From Chloroflexota bacterium (lineage in GTDB: Bacteria; Chloroflexota; Dehalococcoidia; UBA2979), in contig JAQCIU010000011.1 in the NCBI GenBank assembly GCA_027593235.1, positions 29,775 to 93,774 on the forward strand: DNA of 64,000 nt. Direction: 5' to 3'. The notes beneath the pieces are model-generated. The model saw only the letters and a list, made by a program, of their open reading frames with translations. It ran no database searches and had not been told where the DNA came from. Position numbers and translations under genes: made by a program. Shown here in pieces: positions 1 to 10,210 of this stretch. How positions within the stretch are numbered: position 1 is the first letter of the stretch; the number at the start of each line of letters is the position of its first letter.

Positions 1-1503
1 CTTGATCAGCTCGGCGTCGTGACCGCGCTGTTCGTCGAGCCAGAAGACGGCGGGCGCGCCGGTGGCACGGGCTCGAGCGACGCCCAGCCTGACCCAGTCG
101 CGAATCGGCGCGTCTTTGGTCTGGCACATGCGGAAGATGTCGCCGGCCTCGGCGGGCTGTTCGAGGAGCGTCGCACCGCTGGCGTCGACCACGCGGAAGG
201 TGCCGGACTCGGGCGCCTCGAAGGTCTTGTCGTGGGAGCCGTACTCCTCGGCCTTCTGGGCCATCAGCCCGACGTTGGAGACGTTGCCCATCGTCGAGGG
301 GTCGAACTGGCCGTTGGCCTTGGCGTCTTCGAGGATCTCGGCGTACATCGTGGCGTAGGAGCGATCGGGGATCACCGCGACGCAGTCCTGCAGCTCGTCG
401 TTGGCGTCCCACATCTTGCCGCCATCGCGGACGATGTTCGGCATCGAGGCGTCGACGATGATGTCGTTGGGGAAGTGGAGGGCCGTGATCCCCCGTCGCG
501 AATCAACCATGGCGAGAGCCGGCCGCAGCAGGTTCTCGGCTGCGATGTCGGCCTCGACTTCCGCTTTCTTCTCCGCCGGCAGCCGGCCGACTTTCTCGAG
601 GATGTCGCCGAGTCCGTTGTTGGGATTCGCACCGACTTCGGCGAGCGCGGCGCCGTGCTTCGCGAGGACATCGCGGTAGTACATCGAAACGCAGTGGCCG
701 AAAATGACCGGGTCGGAGACCTTCATCATCGTGGCCTTGAGGTGGAGCGAGAAGAGCGTGCCCTCCTGCTTCGCGGCGTCGATCTGCTCGGCGAAGAAGG
801 TGCGGAGTGCTGCGGCGCTCATCAGCGACGTGTCGATGACCTCGCCGGCCTGTAGGGCGAGACCGTCCTTCAGCACGGCTGCGGAGCCGTTCGCCGGGAC
901 GAACTCGATGCGGGCGTCGGTCGGCGCGGCGACGGTCGTCGAGCGCTCACTCCCGTAGAAATCACCGCCGGTCATGTGCGCGACGCGCGCCTTCGATCCG
1001 GATTCGGGCCACGGCTGCATCATGCGATGCGGCTGCTGTTGGGCGAACTTCTTCACCGCCTGCGGCGGGCGTCGGTCCGAGTTGCCCTCGCGAAGGACCG
1101 GGTTCACGGCGGAGCCGAGCACCACGGCGTAGCGAGCCTGGATGGCGCGCTCCTCGTCGGTTGATGGGTCGCCGGGGTAGTCGGGGACGTTGTAGCCGGC
1201 GGCCTGAAGCTCGTCGATGGCGTCCTGGAGCTGCGGCGCGGTGGCGCTGATGTTCGGGAGCTTGATGATGTTGGCGTCGGGCTGGAGCGTCAGGTTGCCG
1301 AGCTCCGTGAGGCGATCGGGGATGCGCTGGTCCTCGGTCAGATGCTCCGGGAAGTTGGCGATGATGCGACCGGCGAGCGAGATGTCGCTGGTCTCGATGT
1401 CGATGCCTGTGCCGCCGAGGTAGGCCTCGAGGATCGGGAGCAGGCTGTAGGTCGCCAGGGCGGGCGCTTCGTCGGTCAGCGTCCAGAAGATCTTTGCGGT
1501 CAT
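1..1503 (-). CDS. icd: NADP-dependent isocitrate dehydrogenase, monomeric type (3' end outside window)
   Basis: Manual translation from ATG at 1503: [23 protein letters not shown]...[11 protein letters not shown]...[16 protein letters not shown]...[12 protein letters not shown]...[17 protein letters not shown], all hallmark monomeric IDH motifs; missing from the ORF track because it runs off the window. Confidence 0.97.
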   Translation of the reverse strand, partial: MTAKIFWTLTDEAPALATYSLLPILEAYLGGTGIDIETSDISLAGRIIANFPEHLTEDQRIPDRLTELGNLTLQPDANIIKLPNISATAPQLQDAIDELQAAGYNVPDYPGDPSTDEERAIQARYAVVLGSAVNPVLREGNSDRRPPQAVKKFAQQQPHRMMQPWPESGSKARVAHMTGGDFYGSERSTTVAAPTDARIEFVPANGSAAVLKDGLALQAGEVIDTSLMSAAALRTFFAEQIDAAKQEGTLFSLHLKATMMKVSDPVIFGHCVSMYYRDVLAKHGAALAEVGANPNNGLGDILEKVGRLPAEKKAEVEADIAAENLLRPALAMVDSRRGITALHFPNDIIVDASMPNIVRDGGKMWDANDELQDCVAVIPDRSYATMYAEILEDAKANGQFDPSTMGNVSNVGLMAQKAEEYGSHDKTFEAPESGTFRVVDASGATLLEQPAEAGDIFRMCQTKDAPIRDWVRLGVARARATGAPAVFWLDEQRGHDAELIK

Positions 1504-1723
1504 ACCGGCTCCCTTGTATATGCGTCTCGGAGCGCTCCGCGTTGCGGTGGTCTCCAGAAACGATCCTGCGCGGCGGCGGACGAGGTGCCGGCTTCGCGGC
1601 CTCAGAGTCTATTCCAAGGGCTCCTGAGGACACAGGCGGGGTAGGCCTCGCGCGGGCGCGCGTCCTCGTACGATGCGCGCAGCGTTCCCGATACGAACGG
1701 CAGTGGGCAGCGGAGGTTCGTGC

Positions 1724-2215
1724 ATGCACGCCGATATGGAAGTGCTGGTGAAGGCGCGCCCGCCGGCGGTGCCCGGGCAGACGATCGAGGACATCCGTGC
1801 CGCCTGGGCCGTGTACACCGCAGCGCTGGCTCGCCCCGCGCCCGAGGACATGACGGTCTTCGACCGGACTATCCCGACGCCCGAGCGGGACGTGCCGGTG
1901 CGCATCTATCACCCGGCCGGCCACCCGGCGCCGCGCCCCGCGATTCTCTATATGCACGGCGGCGGCTTCATGAAGGGCGACCTGGACAGTTCGGACAGCG
2001 TCGCCTGGGGATTCGCGGACCAGACCGGCGCCAGCGTGGTCAGCATCGACTACCTGCTGGCGCCGGAGCATCCGTATCCGGCGGCGTTCAACGACTGCTA
2101 CGGCGTGCTGACCTGGCTGGCGGAGCACGGCGGCGAGATCGAGATCGACGGCGGCCGGCTGGCGGTTGCCGGTGACAGCGCCGGTGGCCAACTGGCCGCC
2201 GGCCTGTGCCTGGCC
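1724..2215 (+). pseudogene. Alpha/beta hydrolase (HSL-like esterase), C-terminally truncated
   Basis: HGGGF oxyanion motif, VVSIDYLLAPEHPYPAA and GDSAGG nucleophile elbow; homology stops right after GLCLAS, so the catalytic Asp/His half is absent. Confidence 0.85.
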
Positions 2216-3564
2216 TCGACGGCGACGGCGACGGCGACGGCGATGCCGACGGCTCGGCCTTCCTCGTCGCGGAGTTGGGTGGCGAGACGACCGCGTTCAC
2301 GGACACGCGCAACGCGTTCAGCCTGTCGGCGCGCAACCTGTCGAACGAGCAGCGCCGCCGGTTCGAGGTGGGCGATTCCTTCTTCACACAGAACTGGGTG
2401 ACCGCGCCCGCCAGCACCGACGCGCGCGACGGCCTGGGTCCGTTGTTTAACGCGCAGTCCTGTTCGTCCTGCCACGTCCTGGACGGTCGCGGCCGCCCGC
2501 CGACCGACGACGACGACCCGGAGCGCGGCCTGCTGCTGCGGCTGTCCGTCCCCGGCACCGACGACCACGGCGGCCCGCTGCCCGATCCGATCTACGGCGG
2601 CCAGCTCCAGGACCGCGCGATCCTGGGCCTGATGCCGGAGGGCGCGATCTCGATCGAGTGGACCGAGATCAGCGGCGAATACGACGACGGCACGCCCTAC
2701 ACGCTGCGCGCGCCGACCTACCGCATCGCCGACCCGGCGTACGGCGAGCTGTCCTCGGAGCTGATGATCTCGCCTCGGATTGCGCCGGCGACGATCGTCA
2801 TGGGGCTACTGGAGGCGATCCCGGACAGCCGGCTGCTGGAGCTGGCGGACCCGGGCGACGAGGACGGCGACGGGATCTCCGGCCGCGTGAACATGGTCTG
2901 GGACGTGCGCAGCGGAACGCTCGTGATCGGCCGCTTCGGCTGGAAGGCCGGCCAGCCGAGCGTCGAACAGCAGAGTGCCGGCGCCTTCAACGGCGACATC
3001 GGCATCACCAGCACGCTCTTCCCCAACGTCGATTGCACCTCGAGCCAGACGGACTGCCTGGAGGCGATTAACGGCGGCACGCCTGAGGTCTCGGACGAGC
3101 GACTTGCGGACGTGACGCTTTACGCCAGCACGCTGGCGGTGCCGGCGATGCGCAACCTGGATGACGAAGAAGTGCGCCGCGGCGCGGACGTGCTGATGCG
3201 CGCCGGCTGCACCGGCTGCCACGTCGCGCCGCACGAGACCAGCGGCCACGCGATCGAGGCGCTCAACGGCCAGACGATCCTGCCGTTCACCGACCTGCTC
3301 CTGCACGACATGGGCGAGGGCCTGTCCGACCATCGTCCCGTCTTCAGCGCCAGCGGCAGCGAGTGGCGCACGCCGCCGCTCTGGGGCATCGGCCTGACCG
3401 AGACCGTCAACGATCACACCAACTTCCTGCACGACGGCCGCGCGCGTTCACTGATGGAGGCGATCCTCTGGCACGACGGTGAAGGCGCCGGCTCGCGTGA
3501 CGCCTTCAAGGCGTTGAGCGCCGAGGACCGCGCCGCCCTGATCCGCTTCCTGGAGTCACTGTGA
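2206..3564 (+). CDS. Di-heme oxidoreductase family protein (DUF1111-like), N-terminus probably missing
   Basis: Two CxxCH motifs (CSSCH, CTGCH); DGLGPLFNA, GRFGWKA, TDLLLHDMG, WRTPPLWG and LHDGRAR motifs; no signal peptide visible. Confidence 0.9.
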   Translation: MPGLDGDGDGDGDADGSAFLVAELGGETTAFTDTRNAFSLSARNLSNEQRRRFEVGDSFFTQNWVTAPASTDARDGLGPLFNAQSCSSCHVLDGRGRPPTDDDDPERGLLLRLSVPGTDDHGGPLPDPIYGGQLQDRAILGLMPEGAISIEWTEISGEYDDGTPYTLRAPTYRIADPAYGELSSELMISPRIAPATIVMGLLEAIPDSRLLELADPGDEDGDGISGRVNMVWDVRSGTLVIGRFGWKAGQPSVEQQSAGAFNGDIGITSTLFPNVDCTSSQTDCLEAINGGTPEVSDERLADVTLYASTLAVPAMRNLDDEEVRRGADVLMRAGCTGCHVAPHETSGHAIEALNGQTILPFTDLLLHDMGEGLSDHRPVFSASGSEWRTPPLWGIGLTETVNDHTNFLHDGRARSLMEAILWHDGEGAGSRDAFKALSAEDRAALIRFLESL

Positions 3565-4673
3565 TCCGACGTCCCGCCTCGAAGCTCACGCAGTCCTCGA
3601 AGGTCGCGCTTACCTCGGTGATCGCGCTGGTCGCCATCCTCGGTGCCGCGTGCGGCGGCGGCGGTCCCTCGCGCCAGGAGGTGGTGGCGACGATCGGCCG
3701 CGACGTCGCCGTACCCCGCTTCGAGGCGATGGCCGCGGACACCGCGGCGCTGGCGGAAGCCGGCCAAGCGCTCTGCGCCGTGCCCGGCAGCGAGGCCGTC
3801 GAGGTGGCCCGTGACGCCTGGCGCGCAGCGCGCACGAGCTGGATCGGCAACGAGGCGGTCGCCTTCGGTCCGGTGATGGACCGTCGCTCCGAGTCGCTGA
3901 TCGCCTGGCCCGAGGTCGACGCCGCCCGGATCGAATCAACGATCGCGGAACGCGATTCCGTCACCGCCGAGGACGTCCGCGAGTTCTTCGCCGCCACCCA
4001 GCGCGGCCTCGGCGCGGCCGAGTACCTGCTGTTCACCGACGACGTGCCCACCACCCTGGCCGCGCTCGAAGACCCGGTCCGCTGCCAGTACCTCATCGCC
4101 GTGCTCTAGGTCGTGGACGCCGAGGCGCTGGCAATCTTCGGCGCCTGGATCGAGGGCGAGGAGGGCGGCGACTCCTACCTCGATCGGCTCAGCGGCGAGG
4201 CCGGCGTCTCGATCGATGTCGGCGCGGCGATCGACGAGATCGGCGGGACGCAGCTCTTCCTGCTCCGCATGTTCGCCGACGCGCAGCTTGGCATGGCCCT
4301 CGGTGAAACCGACCCGACACCGGACCCATCGGCGATCCCGAGCGGACCCGCCACCAACGAAACCGCGGACCTGCTCGCCCAGCTCCAAGGCATCCGCGAC
4401 GTCTACCTCGGCCCCGACGACAACGGCCTCACGGCCCTGATCGCCGGTCGCTCCAACGACGCCGACACCCGCGTCCGCGCAGCCCTCGATCGCGCCGTCG
4501 CGGCGGTGGAGGCGGTACCCGGCCCGCTCCGCGAACTGGCTGCCGCCGACGCCCCGGAGGCGCACGCCGCCTACGAGGCGATCGAAGCCCTCGAGGTGGA
4601 GTGGAACACCGACGTGGTCAGCCTGCTGGGGATCGTCGTCGGCTTCAGCGATGCGGATGGGGACAGCGGCTAA
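3561..4673 (+). CDS. Imelysin-family lipoprotein, interrupted by an in-frame TAG at 4107-4109
   Basis: Lipobox-like LGAAC, ARDAWRAAR, FGPV..RR, GLGAAEYLLF and C-terminal GFSDADGD; ORFs 3561..4109 and 4113..4673 share a frame and are separated by one TAG. Confidence 0.85.
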
Positions 4674-6163
4674 GGCGCTGGTTCATCCTCGAGCGGTAGC
4701 ACCCAGTCCTTCGCTCCGGGGCGGTAGGCGATCGCTCCGAGGTCCGCGTCCGGGTCGATCAGCCGCGCAGGCGCGCGGCCGTTGAAGGCGACGAACACGT
4801 CGGCGCGCACCTCGACGGCGGGGTGACCGCGGCGGGCGAAGTCCTCGCGGATCACGTGCGCGGCCTGGAGCAGCATGTCGGGCTGGGTGGACATCACGCG
4901 CACCTGGAGCGGGGTGTAGTAGTCGGCCGGTGAGACGCGCCAGCGTTCGCCGGTGGCGGGGTCGGTGACGCGGAGCTCGGCGAAGCCGGCCTTCTCCGAG
5001 AGCATCACGCGCCAGCCGAAGCGGTAGCCATCCTCGGACCAGCGCACGTTGCTGGCGTAAGCGTAGTGCCGCAGCGGTAGCGCGATCTGCACGAGGGCGA
5101 ACACCCCGATCGCGAGCACGCCGGCGCGCGCCTGCCAGCTCACGCGTGGCCTCGGGTGGGGCGGCGCTGCCGAGGTGGACTCGCGGACCTCGAGGGCGGG
5201 CTCAGCCCTCGGACGGCCCGCGCTCGGGCGGATGCGCGTGAGGACGCGGCGGGGCCAGTCGGGCGGGAAGAAGAGCAGCGTCCCGCCGATCATCAGCCAC
5301 GGGAAGATGCCGATCGGGAATAGCAGCCACGTCAGCGTGTGGAAGACGATGACCGCGACGTAGGCGAACGGCCGCGAGCGGCGCCAGAGCAGCCAGCCGA
5401 CGATCGTGCAGTCGAAGGCCGCGCCGGCCCACGAGAAGACGAACGCCGTTGCCGGGACCGCGAGCAGCGGGCCGACTAGCGGCAGGTCGTCGTGGTTCGC
5501 GAGCCAGATGCTCAGCGGTTGCGCCTCGAAGAGCCAGTCGGGGTTGAGCTTGGCGATGCCCGCGAACAGGTAGACCGCCGCGAGCTGCGCGCGCAGCACC
5601 CAGATCACCCACACCGGAACCGTCGAGGCGGCCCCGATGCGTTCGTCTCCTGGGACCCGCCCCGCACGCGCGTCGAGCGAGGCGACGCGGTCCAGCGGCA
5701 TGAAGACCATCAGCAAGGCGGCGAGGCTGACCCAGTAATAGTGGTTGAGGTAGGTGGTCTGGTCGATCAACTCGACATAAGTGAACAGCGCGAAGTACGA
5801 GGCGATCGCCAGCCGGTAGCGGTAGCCGACCATGACCGCGAGCGCGGCCGCGCCCATCAGCGCGAAGTGCAGGTACATCCCCGCTGCCGGCCACGGCTGC
5901 ACCCAGCCGAACCCCCAGTACTGGAAGTGATGCGCCGGCTGCACGTAGAACTCGTCGATCCAGCCGTAGACGAAGAAGCGCACCACGCCGAGGAAGGCGA
6001 GCGCTCCGAACGCCACGCGGAACACGACCGCCGAGGAACCATCGACGGGCCTCGAGGCTGCACGCGCGACGCGGTCGAGGCGCGCCAGCGGACCGCGCAC
6101 CTCGGAGGTGCGTTGGGCCTCGGCGGTTTCGAGGCGCGGACGGGTGGGGGCGTGGCTGGCCAT
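4670..6163 (-). CDS. HTTM-domain protein (vitamin K-dependent gamma-carboxylase-like)
   Basis: FRVAFG, YLNHYY, YLFAGIAKLNPDWL, IGIFPWLM and GYRFGWRVML motifs; multiple TM segments. Confidence 0.9.
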   Translation of the reverse strand: MASHAPTRPRLETAEAQRTSEVRGPLARLDRVARAASRPVDGSSAVVFRVAFGALAFLGVVRFFVYGWIDEFYVQPAHHFQYWGFGWVQPWPAAGMYLHFALMGAAALAVMVGYRYRLAIASYFALFTYVELIDQTTYLNHYYWVSLAALLMVFMPLDRVASLDARAGRVPGDERIGAASTVPVWVIWVLRAQLAAVYLFAGIAKLNPDWLFEAQPLSIWLANHDDLPLVGPLLAVPATAFVFSWAGAAFDCTIVGWLLWRRSRPFAYVAVIVFHTLTWLLFPIGIFPWLMIGGTLLFFPPDWPRRVLTRIRPSAGRPRAEPALEVRESTSAAPPHPRPRVSWQARAGVLAIGVFALVQIALPLRHYAYASNVRWSEDGYRFGWRVMLSEKAGFAELRVTDPATGERWRVSPADYYTPLQVRVMSTQPDMLLQAAHVIREDFARRGHPAVEVRADVFVAFNGRAPARLIDPDADLGAIAYRPGAKDWVLPLEDEPAP

Positions 6164-6226
6164 GGCCTCGATGATCGCGCCTGGCAAGGGCGGATGCGAG
6201 CAGGGGCGGCGGGCCGCCGGAGGGGG

Positions 6227-7315
6227 CTAGGCGGGGGCCGGGAGGATGAAGCCGACGTTTGGGATCGGCGGGCGAACGACGGCCGCCAGCTCCGCGGCGG
6301 CTTCGGGAGAGTTGGAGTTGCCTCGGGTGATGCGGTCGAGGCCGTTGACCGTCGCGTCGCCGGTCCACCAGTCGCCGTAGGGGGCGCCGTCCGGCTTCAC
6401 GCCGTAGAGGCGCACGTTGTCGCCGAAGGTGACATTCGCGCCCTCCCAGGCGAAGCCCGCGACGTTCGCCACCGGCGACTGCGGGATCACGCTGAGCGTG
6501 TGGTCCACCGTCACCACTGAGCGGCTGCTGACGCCGAAGCCGACGTTCGCCTGGCCGATCGAGGTGAAGCCCGTGACGTGGGCCGTGCTCCCACCTTCGA
6601 ACATCAGGCCTGAACCGGTGCTCGATCCCTGCTCCGTACCGCGCATTTCGGTGACGACGTTCTCGATCAAGACGTTGTCGGCGGTGCCGATGCTGATCGC
6701 ATCCTCCTGCCGCGGTGCGAACGGGCCAGTGGCCGTGAAATCGGTCAGCGCGTAGTGATTGCGGATCGTGATGTCACGCGACCGCTTTTCCTTGAACTCC
6801 CAGGTTTGGAAGTGCTGGCCGCGCGGGAACGGTCCGCGTGGGTTGTAGGTGAAGCAGCCGTCCAGCAACACGCCCTCGCACGCCTCGACGCGCACGAGGG
6901 AGTCCGCGTAGGCGACGACTGAGCCGATCAGCTCGACGTTGTTCGAGCGGAGGAAGCGCACGCCCGCCTCGGCGTCGGACCAGTCGTCGCGCCCCGGGAC
7001 GTTTCGCGAAACGAGGCCGTTGCGGAGTGAGACGTTCTCGCAGTCCTCGACGGCGATGCCGCCACCGAAGAACTGGAAGCCATCGACGACCACGTCGCGG
7101 CAGTTCTTCAGCCGCAGCGCGTGGTTCGCACCACCGGGGCCGATCGTCACCGCGAGGTCTCTCAGGACGATGCTGCTCTGGTTGGACACGACGATCGTTT
7201 CCGAGGGCCAGATGCTCTCGAGTGTTTCCGTGAACAGGCCGCTGAGTGGCCGCACGGCGAGACCGACGCCAATAGCGGCCGGGATGAACAACAACCGCCG
7301 TCTGCTGATCGCCAC
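6227..7315 (-). CDS. Tat-exported right-handed beta-helix repeat protein
   Basis: Likely GTG start at 7315 gives MAISRRRLLFIPAAIGVGLAV (twin-Arg signal); repeated beta-helix-like strands (LRLKNCRDVVVDG, VEDCENVSLRN, FLRSNNVELIG). Confidence 0.6.
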   Translation of the reverse strand: MAISRRRLLFIPAAIGVGLAVRPLSGLFTETLESIWPSETIVVSNQSSIVLRDLAVTIGPGGANHALRLKNCRDVVVDGFQFFGGGIAVEDCENVSLRNGLVSRNVPGRDDWSDAEAGVRFLRSNNVELIGSVVAYADSLVRVEACEGVLLDGCFTYNPRGPFPRGQHFQTWEFKEKRSRDITIRNHYALTDFTATGPFAPRQEDAISIGTADNVLIENVVTEMRGTEQGSSTGSGLMFEGGSTAHVTGFTSIGQANVGFGVSSRSVVTVDHTLSVIPQSPVANVAGFAWEGANVTFGDNVRLYGVKPDGAPYGDWWTGDATVNGLDRITRGNSNSPEAAAELAAVVRPPIPNVGFILPAPA

Positions 7316-7448
7316 TGGTACCCCTGATCGCCGATTGCTCGAGGCGATTCCATTGTCCGCCGCCCGCGCGTTTCGCGATCGGTCGGTGCGGCGATCAGTT
7401 GCTGGGCCTCGGGCGGCCTCTGCCTGAGCTTGTACGCCGCCACCGGTC

Positions 7449-8900
7449 TCAGGCTCTCGCGGCGCGCCCATGTGCTTCGGCGCGCTGAACCAGGCTCTGC
7501 GTCATGCCGCTGAAGATCCGTGGGTGCACGGGGGCGAGCGCGTACCAGTACAGCAGGCCCAACGTGCCCTCGGGGTGAAAGCTGGCCACCGTGGTCAGCC
7601 GTGAACGCCGATCGTCCAGCGCCTCCAGTCGGAACTCCAGCAGCGCGCGGCCCGGCATCTTCATCTCCGCCAGCAGGGTCAGCCGCCGCTCCGGCTCCAC
7701 GCGCACGACGCGCCAAAAATCGAGGGCGTCACCGACGCGCAGCTCGTTCGGGTCGCGCCGGCGGCGGCGCATGCCCGGACCGCCGATCAGCCGATCGAGG
7801 GCGCCACGCATTCTCCAGAGCAGCGGGTAGGCGTACCAGCCATTCGCGCCGCCGATCTGTCGCACTTCGGCCCAGAGCTGATCGATCGGGACCAGTGCCA
7901 CCGCTTCGGCATGCTCCTCTTTCGCGTAGAACGATGCCTCGTCGTCACCCTCGCCAAACCCGGGGTAGGGGAGCGCCGCTTCCGCCCAGTGACCGCTGCG
8001 GGTCGCCTCGCGTTCTGCGGCGATCGCCGCCTCGATCGCCGCGCGGTACCCGCTGAGTGGCACCGGCACCAGTGCGCGAATCGCGCGATCGTCGGCCAGC
8101 AGGTCCAGTTTCAGCCCGTCGATCAGCGGTCGCGCAACGCTGCTTGGCACTGCGGTCACCAGGTCCAACCAGTAGGAGGAGAGGCGCGGCGTCAGCACGG
8201 GCACCGGGAGCACGAGGATCCTTCGACCGACCGTCTGGGCGTACTGCTTCATCAGCTCCTGGTAGCTGAGCGTCTCCGGACCGCCGACATCGAAGATGCC
8301 GCCCGCCGTTGCCTCGACGTCGATCACGCCCTCGAGGTACGCGAGCAGATCGTCGAGGGCGATTGGCTGCGTGCGTGATCGCACCCAGCGCGGGGCGACC
8401 ATCACCCGCAGATGATTCACGAGATCGCGAATCACCTCGAACGCGGCCGAGCCCGGGCCGACGATGATGCCCGCGCGTAGCTCCGTGACCGGAACCGGCC
8501 CGGCGCGGAGCACCTCGCCGGTCTCCGCCCGCGATGCGAGGTGTTCGGACGCCGCGGTCGCCGGCTGCAAGCCGCCGAGGAACACGATCCGCCGCACCCC
8601 GGCGCGGGCCGCCGCGTCGCGGAAGATCGTGGCCGCCTCGCGGTCACGCTTCGCGTAGTCGCTTCCGCTGGCCATCGAATGGACGAGGTAGTACGCCACC
8701 TCGATGCCATCGAGCGCGGCGTCGAGCGATGTCGCGGAGCGTGCGTCCGCCTCGACGATCTCGACGCCGCTCCAGCCGCGTCCATCCAGCACCTCGCGAT
8801 GCCTCGAGGCCGCCCGCACGCGGTGGCCAGACGCGACGAGTCGGGGCACCAGGTGTGCGCCGATGTAGCCGCTGGCGCCGAGCACGAGGATCTTCGTCAC
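7449..8900 (-). CDS. NAD(P)-binding SDR/epimerase with C-terminal DUF2867 (YbjT-like)
   Basis: GASGYIG Rossmann motif, AYYLVHSM, HLASRAETG; C-terminal GGANGWY..LWRMRG..D, LDFWRV, GLLYWY. Confidence 0.9.
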   Translation of the reverse strand: MTKILVLGASGYIGAHLVPRLVASGHRVRAASRHREVLDGRGWSGVEIVEADARSATSLDAALDGIEVAYYLVHSMASGSDYAKRDREAATIFRDAAARAGVRRIVFLGGLQPATAASEHLASRAETGEVLRAGPVPVTELRAGIIVGPGSAAFEVIRDLVNHLRVMVAPRWVRSRTQPIALDDLLAYLEGVIDVEATAGGIFDVGGPETLSYQELMKQYAQTVGRRILVLPVPVLTPRLSSYWLDLVTAVPSSVARPLIDGLKLDLLADDRAIRALVPVPLSGYRAAIEAAIAAEREATRSGHWAEAALPYPGFGEGDDEASFYAKEEHAEAVALVPIDQLWAEVRQIGGANGWYAYPLLWRMRGALDRLIGGPGMRRRRRDPNELRVGDALDFWRVVRVEPERRLTLLAEMKMPGRALLEFRLEALDDRRSRLTTVASFHPEGTLGLLYWYALAPVHPRIFSGMTQSLVQRAEAHGRAARA

Positions 8901-9045
8901 CCAGGCAGGATAACCCGCTGGTCCTCGCCTGAGGCTTACCGGCTATCCGCGTCGAGTGTTGGGCGGCCCGACGATGCCGAGCCTGCGTTCGACCGCCGCA
9001 TGCCAGAATCGACGCATCGAGGTCCGTGAGCACTGGAGCTTCGTC

Positions 9046-10062
9046 CTGAACGCACTCGTCTACACCGCCGCGGGTGAGGTCACCTACCGCGAAGAGGCGA
9101 CGCCCGTCGCCGGCGACGGCGAGGTGCTGCTGTACGTCGACGCGGTTGGGCTCTGCGGCTCCGACCTGCATGCGGTCCTCGGGCGAGACGCGACGCGGAC
9201 GCCGCCGCTGATCCTCGGGCACGAGGCGGTGGCCACGATCGCCGAGGGTCCGGAACGCGGGCTGCAGGTGGTGGTGAATCCGCTCATCCATTGCGGCGTC
9301 TGCGATCAATGCCTCCGAGGGCGCACACACCTCTGTCTGGGTCGCGTGCTGATCGGCATGCACCGACCCGGCGCCTTCGCCGGTGCGCTCACCGCTCCGC
9401 GCCGGAACCTGATCGAGGTACCTCCGGGGATGGCCGCGGCCGCGGCCGCGCTAACCGAGCCGGCCGCCACCGCGTTGCACGCGGTCCGCCTCGCTCAACG
9501 CGCGATCGCTGCATCCTCGGACACGCCGCTGGCCGAGGCGCGCACGCTCGTGATCGGCGGCGGGTCGGTCGGCGTGCTCGTCGCGCTTTGCCTCGCCGAT
9601 GTCGGCGTCCGAGGCGTGCAACTCGCCGAGGTGAGCGCGTCGCGTCGCGCGACCGCCGAGGCAACCGGCGTTTGCGCGCCGTTCGATCCGATCGCGGAGC
9701 CGGCTGCCGCGGGGAGCTTTGACCTCGTGATCGACGCCGTCGGCAGCGCCGCGACCCGTGCCGCCTCGATCGCCGCGGTGTGCGGCGGTGGCGTCGTGGT
9801 GCACCTCGGCCTCGAGGACGGGGAGGGCGGGATCGACGCGCGCCAGCTCACGCGCGGGGAGGTCTGGTTCCTCGGCTCTTACAGCTATACGCCGGACGAT
9901 CTACAGGTTGCGTTGGCGAAGCTGGCCGCGGGCGCCCTCGGTGACCTCGCCTGGGTCGAGGAGCGACCGCTGTCCGCCGGCGTCGCGGCGTTCGCGGAGC
10001 TGCTCCGCGGTGGCGACGCGCCGACGAAGATCGTGCTGCGCCCCGCGGATGGCGATCGCTAA
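9046..10062 (+). CDS. Zinc-binding (MDR) alcohol/sugar-acid dehydrogenase
   Basis: GLCGSDLH, LGHE, structural-zinc CGVCDQC..G...LC, GGGSVG; homology starts at LNALVY (CTG 9046, after GGAG); track ORF starts at 8956. Confidence 0.88.
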   Translation: MNALVYTAAGEVTYREEATPVAGDGEVLLYVDAVGLCGSDLHAVLGRDATRTPPLILGHEAVATIAEGPERGLQVVVNPLIHCGVCDQCLRGRTHLCLGRVLIGMHRPGAFAGALTAPRRNLIEVPPGMAAAAAALTEPAATALHAVRLAQRAIAASSDTPLAEARTLVIGGGSVGVLVALCLADVGVRGVQLAEVSASRRATAEATGVCAPFDPIAEPAAAGSFDLVIDAVGSAATRAASIAAVCGGGVVVHLGLEDGEGGIDARQLTRGEVWFLGSYSYTPDDLQVALAKLAAGALGDLAWVEERPLSAGVAAFAELLRGGDAPTKIVLRPADGDR

Positions 10063-10210
10063 ACCCGCGGCGCCGGAACACCGACGATTGGTGAAACGCT
10101 CCTCGCGTGGACTGCGGATCGGGTCTGAATCGTGAGCGTCGGGTCGCGCTCGAAGCAGTTCGAGGCCCAATCGGTTCCGCCTCGATACCATCGCGTCTCG
10201 TGGCTGAGGG

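Noticed and set aside
19-2191. Long track ORFs 19..855(+) and 962..2191(-)
   Set aside because: Antisense or off-frame shadows of icd, which is the real gene
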